Source: Amoebophrya sp. A120 (Eukaryota; Protista; Dinoflagellata). Taken from it: DNA of 64,000 bases. The DNA lies in the NCBI GenBank assembly GCA_905178155.1, contig CAJINV010000011.1:3437077-3501076 (forward strand), in the 5' to 3' direction. The notes beneath the pieces are model-generated. The model ran no database searches and had not been told where the DNA came from. It saw nothing but the letters and a program-made list of their open reading frames with translations. This document shows, piece after piece, positions 59,436-64,000 of the stretch; positions within the stretch are counted from its first letter, which is position 1; every line of letters begins with the position of its first letter. The position numbers were made by a program, and so were the translations under genes.

Positions 59436-60257
59436 ATGGCTCGTGGAACAATCGTGATTGGCGAAGCAGCTGCGTCGCTCTCCGCACCTGTTTCCTCCAG
59501 CCCTGATTCCGTTTCGTCTTCAACGAGAATCTTCAGAAGCCTAGCACCAGCACACAACGGCTACTATGATCAGGAGTTGCAGCGCCAGTGGATTTTGCGA
59601 CAGAGCGGGCCCCCGCGCCAGTGCCTTTTTCGAGCAGTCCCAAGAACATCTTTTGCAGAGAATTTTGATAATGACTTGTCCAACGCACCATCGTCCAACT
59701 CGAACTCCAACGGCACCAGCACAGCTTTCGCAGAAGGTGGCGAAGCTGCAAAAACGGAAGAAGATGAGCCCAAGGAAATGCAGGAGGGAGAGCAGATCGA
59801 CGAGAACGTGCGCCGACAGGTGGTGAACAATTACCCGGTCCTGCCTTTTGTCATCCCCATCCCGACCGGCGGCGCCAGCAGCAGCACAATGTCTCGCTCG
59901 AAGAACACGGCCCGGGAAATTATCCCGTCCGCTCACGATCTGGGGAGTCAGGCCAAGTGGAACGGGTTTTGGAAAACGGTACAGGACGTGGCGGCGCTGA
60001 AGCTGACGCAACCAGGGGCGGGTAGTACTAGCCACAGTACTAACACCGCCACACCTTTCCTCGCTCAGCCCGCGAATTTGTCGGCCGCCCCGCGGCTGGA
60101 ACTCGCCAAACGGCCCGAGTCGTTCACGCGAGGGATGGTCGGGGCGGATTTTGTCTACGAGTCGCCGATAAACGCGCTCGGGCAGCCCGATATAACGGCG
60201 CCGGTTTCCGTGCCGGGAAGTGGAATTGTGGTAGATTCTGGAAACCCGTTTTTCTAG
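59436..60257 (+). CDS. Hypothetical protein
   Basis: Single ORF of about 273 aa with codon style similar to neighbouring genes; no recognised motif. Confidence 0.55.
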   Translation: MARGTIVIGEAAASLSAPVSSSPDSVSSSTRIFRSLAPAHNGYYDQELQRQWILRQSGPPRQCLFRAVPRTSFAENFDNDLSNAPSSNSNSNGTSTAFAEGGEAAKTEEDEPKEMQEGEQIDENVRRQVVNNYPVLPFVIPIPTGGASSSTMSRSKNTAREIIPSAHDLGSQAKWNGFWKTVQDVAALKLTQPGAGSTSHSTNTATPFLAQPANLSAAPRLELAKRPESFTRGMVGADFVYESPINALGQPDITAPVSVPGSGIVVDSGNPFF

Positions 60258-61643
60258 AGAAATAACGGAACTGCATTTTGATTTTTTACTTGGACAGACG
60301 ATTATTGGCGCCGGCTATTGAAATCCGAGTTATATCATAATATCCTCAGACAAAGATGCGGGAAGATGAACGCTTGCGCAATTCCTAGCTGGCTTCAGCC
60401 GAATTATTCCTAGTATCCCTATGGTGTTCTAGTAGTTCTGTATGTCTTCTCGTCCGTTCCTGCCACAGTGAACAAGCTTGTGACGTTCTTTATCTTTCTT
60501 CTCAGTTGAGTGAATACAAACATCGAGATCTATTTCCCTTTGCGCTCGTGCCAAGCGGTTTTTTTTTTTGAAGCACGAAGAAGATCCAAAAGGTGAGCGA
60601 TAACAAGTAGGAAACTTTTAGCCAAGCAATGCGTTTTACCTAAGGGTGCGGTCAACTTGCGATGCAGATCTATCTTTTTTTTTGATTCCCACTGTACAAG
60701 AACTAAGAACTGGAACTGATGAAGCGCGATGATTTTGAATCCGAAAGAGTTCTACGATGTTACCTGCGTCATGACTTGTAGACGAGGAGCTCTTTCAATT
60801 CTTGTTTCTCCTGTGTAGTAATATGCATGATTAATAACGACAATGGCAATCCATCGTAGCGACCTATGCGACAGTAGAAAGCATTCGTTGTAGTTTAGCA
60901 TCATGAAGATGCGACAGCGGCAGCACGACCACGACGACCTTACAAAACATGACCACATGGTTACCGTAAATTTTGGCGTTTAGACATCACCACTCAAGCT
61001 GTGTTGCATGGCATATCCTGCACATTTTTGCATGGGCCGATTACTATTTACAACTTTATCATCCTCGAGGATTAGATTTGTTGGTTTTGTCAGTCACGCC
61101 GCACGCAGGTTGCGGTTTGTCCTTGAATAAAAGTTGAATTCTATTGTTATCGAAAGCACTGCTACTACCTTCTCTTATCCCAGCGCGAAAAAAAAAGAAC
61201 ATTCCCAAACATCGTAGAAAAATGGTTTTTAAAACCATTCGTAACCTTCCCGATAATTCCTCTGACGCATTATTGACTTTTTGCTTGCCTTAGGCACCAC
61301 GCACCATTCGAGTACGACATGCACCCTGTCCCTATCGACGCGGAAAAATAAACCAAGAAAGGCCCTGTCCGCGCGAAGATGACCACTGACAATGATCGGC
61401 ACGAGATGAAGGCGATCCTTCTAGGACGCGACTTCATCTACTGCGGAAAACTACAACAGACGACCACAAAAGTGTAATACACATGACAATGACACCTTTT
61501 AGTCATAAATCTACTTCTGCGCATTTTATTGAACAGAAGTTCTTACAACTTTTACCTATGTAATTGATACGACGATTCTTTTTGAATTCGTTTTACTCTT
61601 TTTCTATTGCCCCTCCCACGCCCGGCACTGTAATTCGTATAGA

Positions 61644-64000
61644 ATGAATATGAAGCACAAGCATTCTGGAAAGAATGAAACAACGGCGCGAATAAGCACC
61701 AGCACACCTGCTGCTTCGCCTGCGACGGGCGGTCCTGCTGGAAGAGGATGCGCTTTGCTGTATCAGGCAGGCGAAGGCCAGATCCAGAAAGCTCCCGGTC
61801 CGCAAGTCAATTGCAAAGAAGCACAACGGGAAGGCCAAGGCGCTCCTACCTCACTCGATGCAGTAGACACACGATCTGCAGTAGTTTCATCTTCTTGTCT
61901 TGAAACCGCGAGAACATCGTCACCGATTACAACTATGACTGCCCCTTCGGGGCCCCCTTGCAGTAGAACGGCTCCCGTTCATCAAGCACAAGCAGGAGCG
62001 AAGGATGTTGGCGCTGTTCCCTGTCCCTCTTCTAGTTGCAGAGGAACTAATATTCCCACTACAGTGCCTCCTCCACTTGCGCAAGAAAAACTACATCAGG
62101 GCGGTGAAAAAAGAAAAACGAAGAGCGACCCCGTAGTTGCCCGCAGAGGACATGTGGATGTGATTGCGCGGCACCTGCCGGGCCCCATGCGAGATGACTT
62201 CGCGCGGATGCTGCTGCAGGTTTTCCCGCACCTGTGCCGGGTGGTTATCGCGAAAGGAAATCGAAAAAAGCCGAAAGTGATCAGCGCATTTGACGAAGCG
62301 AAGGAGATATTGGACCAGTGTTCTTTAGGTCGTGAGAACGTCGACGGACCCGCCACGCAGAAGTGCAACGAAAATGGGGTCGTTGAAAAATCTTTTCCAA
62401 AGGTGGAAGCAGCAGTAGATCATCAGTTGGGGCAAAACAAAAACTACATTGACGCGACTGGCTCGAAAGAGCGAAAGATGAAAAAATTAGAAACGACGAG
62501 AAGCAAGAAAAATCAGCAACAAAATACGCTACATCTTCTAAAAAGTGCTCCGACGGTGGACGACAAGCACCATGGAGCCGCGCCACCGGCGTCTTCGGCG
62601 AGAGTAGACACGCGCGCGGGAGCCGCGGAAGAGAAGAAAACTCAACACGCAGATGCTGCCGCAGGCGGCGGGAGGGGAAGGCGAGCGCCGCGTGGTCCTT
62701 CTACGGCTTCGACCACCTGTTCTAGAACAACTTCGTGTAGTGCTGAGGTTCCTGCTAGCGATACAACTTCCACCTGCCTAGCATCCACGACTGGCACAAC
62801 TGCGTGCAATAATAATAAAGTAAAAACAAGTTCCTGCTCCTGCGATCCCAGGCGCTGCCTGCAGCTGGTCGTCCTTCCCGGGACCCAGCACTGCGGCTTC
62901 GTTCAATGCTGCGAGTGCGAGCTGCACAAGAACCAGCCGCCGCTGCCGAGGGTCAAGTTGGAGCAGATGTTGGAGGACTTTGTGGCACTCTCGCGGACCT
63001 GCTCCTTCGCGACAGAGCACTTCGTGAAATTTCTCTTTCCACCAGTTGTGCGACAAAGTAGACAAGAACTTCAGCAAGCAGCTACACATCTTCATCACGA
63101 AGAAGATAAAGAAGATGATCAAGGTGACCGTCATTATGTGCGGCGAGATCACCCACAGCTGGCTGATTTCGTTGAAACGATGCGGGAAGGTGTTCGGTGC
63201 CATGTGCTGCTCCGCGGGAGGTGGCTAGACGAGACGAGTTTTGTGGTTGCTGACATTCTTTGGTTTACCAAACGCCGTGATGCGCAGCTTTTCCGGGACC
63301 GCCGGATAAAGGAGCTCGAGGAGTTGAAGCGACAGAGTGCGATGACCACGATCACGGGGCAGGACAACAAGGCCAATAATTCGCGCAACGGCATCTCAAC
63401 ATCGTCTTCAAGTGAGCCGGTCGCGCCGGGCACAAAAGAGGCTAATACGACTTTTTGTTCGTCGGCGAACTGTCCTTCCGCATTAGATTCATCGTTTTTC
63501 ATGGTTTCGACGCTGCAGCTCGAGCAGCAATGGCGGCTCGGTGCGGTTTCAAAGGAAGATTCTTGCAGCCCACTGCTTTCGGTGGAAGAAGTAGAAAAAG
63601 GCACTACTTCTACCCCCCCACCACCGCACTCAACAACCTCTGTGATTTGTCACTACTTCATCGAGAATCGGGTGAAGTGGCAATTCCGTGCGCGTCAAGG
63701 CCCCATGTCGAGTATGCACGCCTTCAAAAAGTCGGCCCGCAGCGGGCACCGGAACCTGTTTTGGTCCCACCCGGACGCCGAAGTGACAACCTCCAAGGAT
63801 GGCCGCGTCGTGGTAAAGGGCTACCCGGGCCTGGCGGAATTCTCGGACGTCAGTAGGAGTCTGGCGAGGGAGCGGGAGGCGGAGAGGGAGAATCAGAACA
63901 AGAAGAACTCCTTTACGACCTGCGCGGAAGGAGCACTTGATGGTGCAAATGGAGAAACAATGCCACGGGCTACTACACGAGGCGAAAAGGAAAATTGTAA
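61644..64000 (+). CDS. Hypothetical protein, partial (runs off the window)
   Basis: Frame MNMKHKHSGKNETT...RGHVDVIARHLPGPMRDDFARMLLQVFPHLCRVV... appears open to the window end, which would explain its absence from the ORF track. Confidence 0.6.
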   Translation, partial: MNMKHKHSGKNETTARISTSTPAASPATGGPAGRGCALLYQAGEGQIQKAPGPQVNCKEAQREGQGAPTSLDAVDTRSAVVSSSCLETARTSSPITTMTAPSGPPCSRTAPVHQAQAGAKDVGAVPCPSSSCRGTNIPTTVPPPLAQEKLHQGGEKRKTKSDPVVARRGHVDVIARHLPGPMRDDFARMLLQVFPHLCRVVIAKGNRKKPKVISAFDEAKEILDQCSLGRENVDGPATQKCNENGVVEKSFPKVEAAVDHQLGQNKNYIDATGSKERKMKKLETTRSKKNQQQNTLHLLKSAPTVDDKHHGAAPPASSARVDTRAGAAEEKKTQHADAAAGGGRGRRAPRGPSTASTTCSRTTSCSAEVPASDTTSTCLASTTGTTACNNNKVKTSSCSCDPRRCLQLVVLPGTQHCGFVQCCECELHKNQPPLPRVKLEQMLEDFVALSRTCSFATEHFVKFLFPPVVRQSRQELQQAATHLHHEEDKEDDQGDRHYVRRDHPQLADFVETMREGVRCHVLLRGRWLDETSFVVADILWFTKRRDAQLFRDRRIKELEELKRQSAMTTITGQDNKANNSRNGISTSSSSEPVAPGTKEANTTFCSSANCPSALDSSFFMVSTLQLEQQWRLGAVSKEDSCSPLLSVEEVEKGTTSTPPPPHSTTSVICHYFIENRVKWQFRARQGPMSSMHAFKKSARSGHRNLFWSHPDAEVTTSKDGRVVVKGYPGLAEFSDVSRSLAREREAERENQNKKNSFTTCAEGALDGANGETMPRATTRGEKENC

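Noticed and set aside
1-64000. rRNA, tRNA, snRNA or an autonomous transposase/RT gene
   Set aside because: None recognisable by eye; covariance-model and HMM searches would be needed to exclude them.

Overview
Gene-dense eukaryotic DNA. About 14 intron-containing or single-exon genes all lie on the + strand, separated by short spacers and three GC-rich blocks. The architecture matches the parasitic dinoflagellate Amoebophrya (Syndiniales); this organism call is inferred, not proven. The dominant signal is 22 small non-autonomous TIR elements (one truncated) from several families. They have TAT...ATA termini and 5-bp direct repeats (DRs), and nearly all sit in coding exons. Removing an element plus one DR restores the reading frame without a GT-AG pair, so they behave as introner-type non-canonical introns. 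Splicing them out by hand reveals a SAMHD1-like HD dNTPase with 8 such inserts, a membrane-anchored GH27 alpha-galactosidase/NAGA, an F-box/ankyrin protein and others. Ankyrin, CWC21-like, zeta-toxin-like kinase and mL54 genes are also present. The most unexplained structure is in a RanBP2-zinc-finger gene (5186-9195). The same exon restarts four times at the same nucleotide, and the copies are separated by patchworks of captured DNA, perfect hairpins and introner pieces. A Helentron-like element is nested in one introner, and some GT-AG introns look like decayed introners. All coordinates were read by eye and may be off by a few bases.
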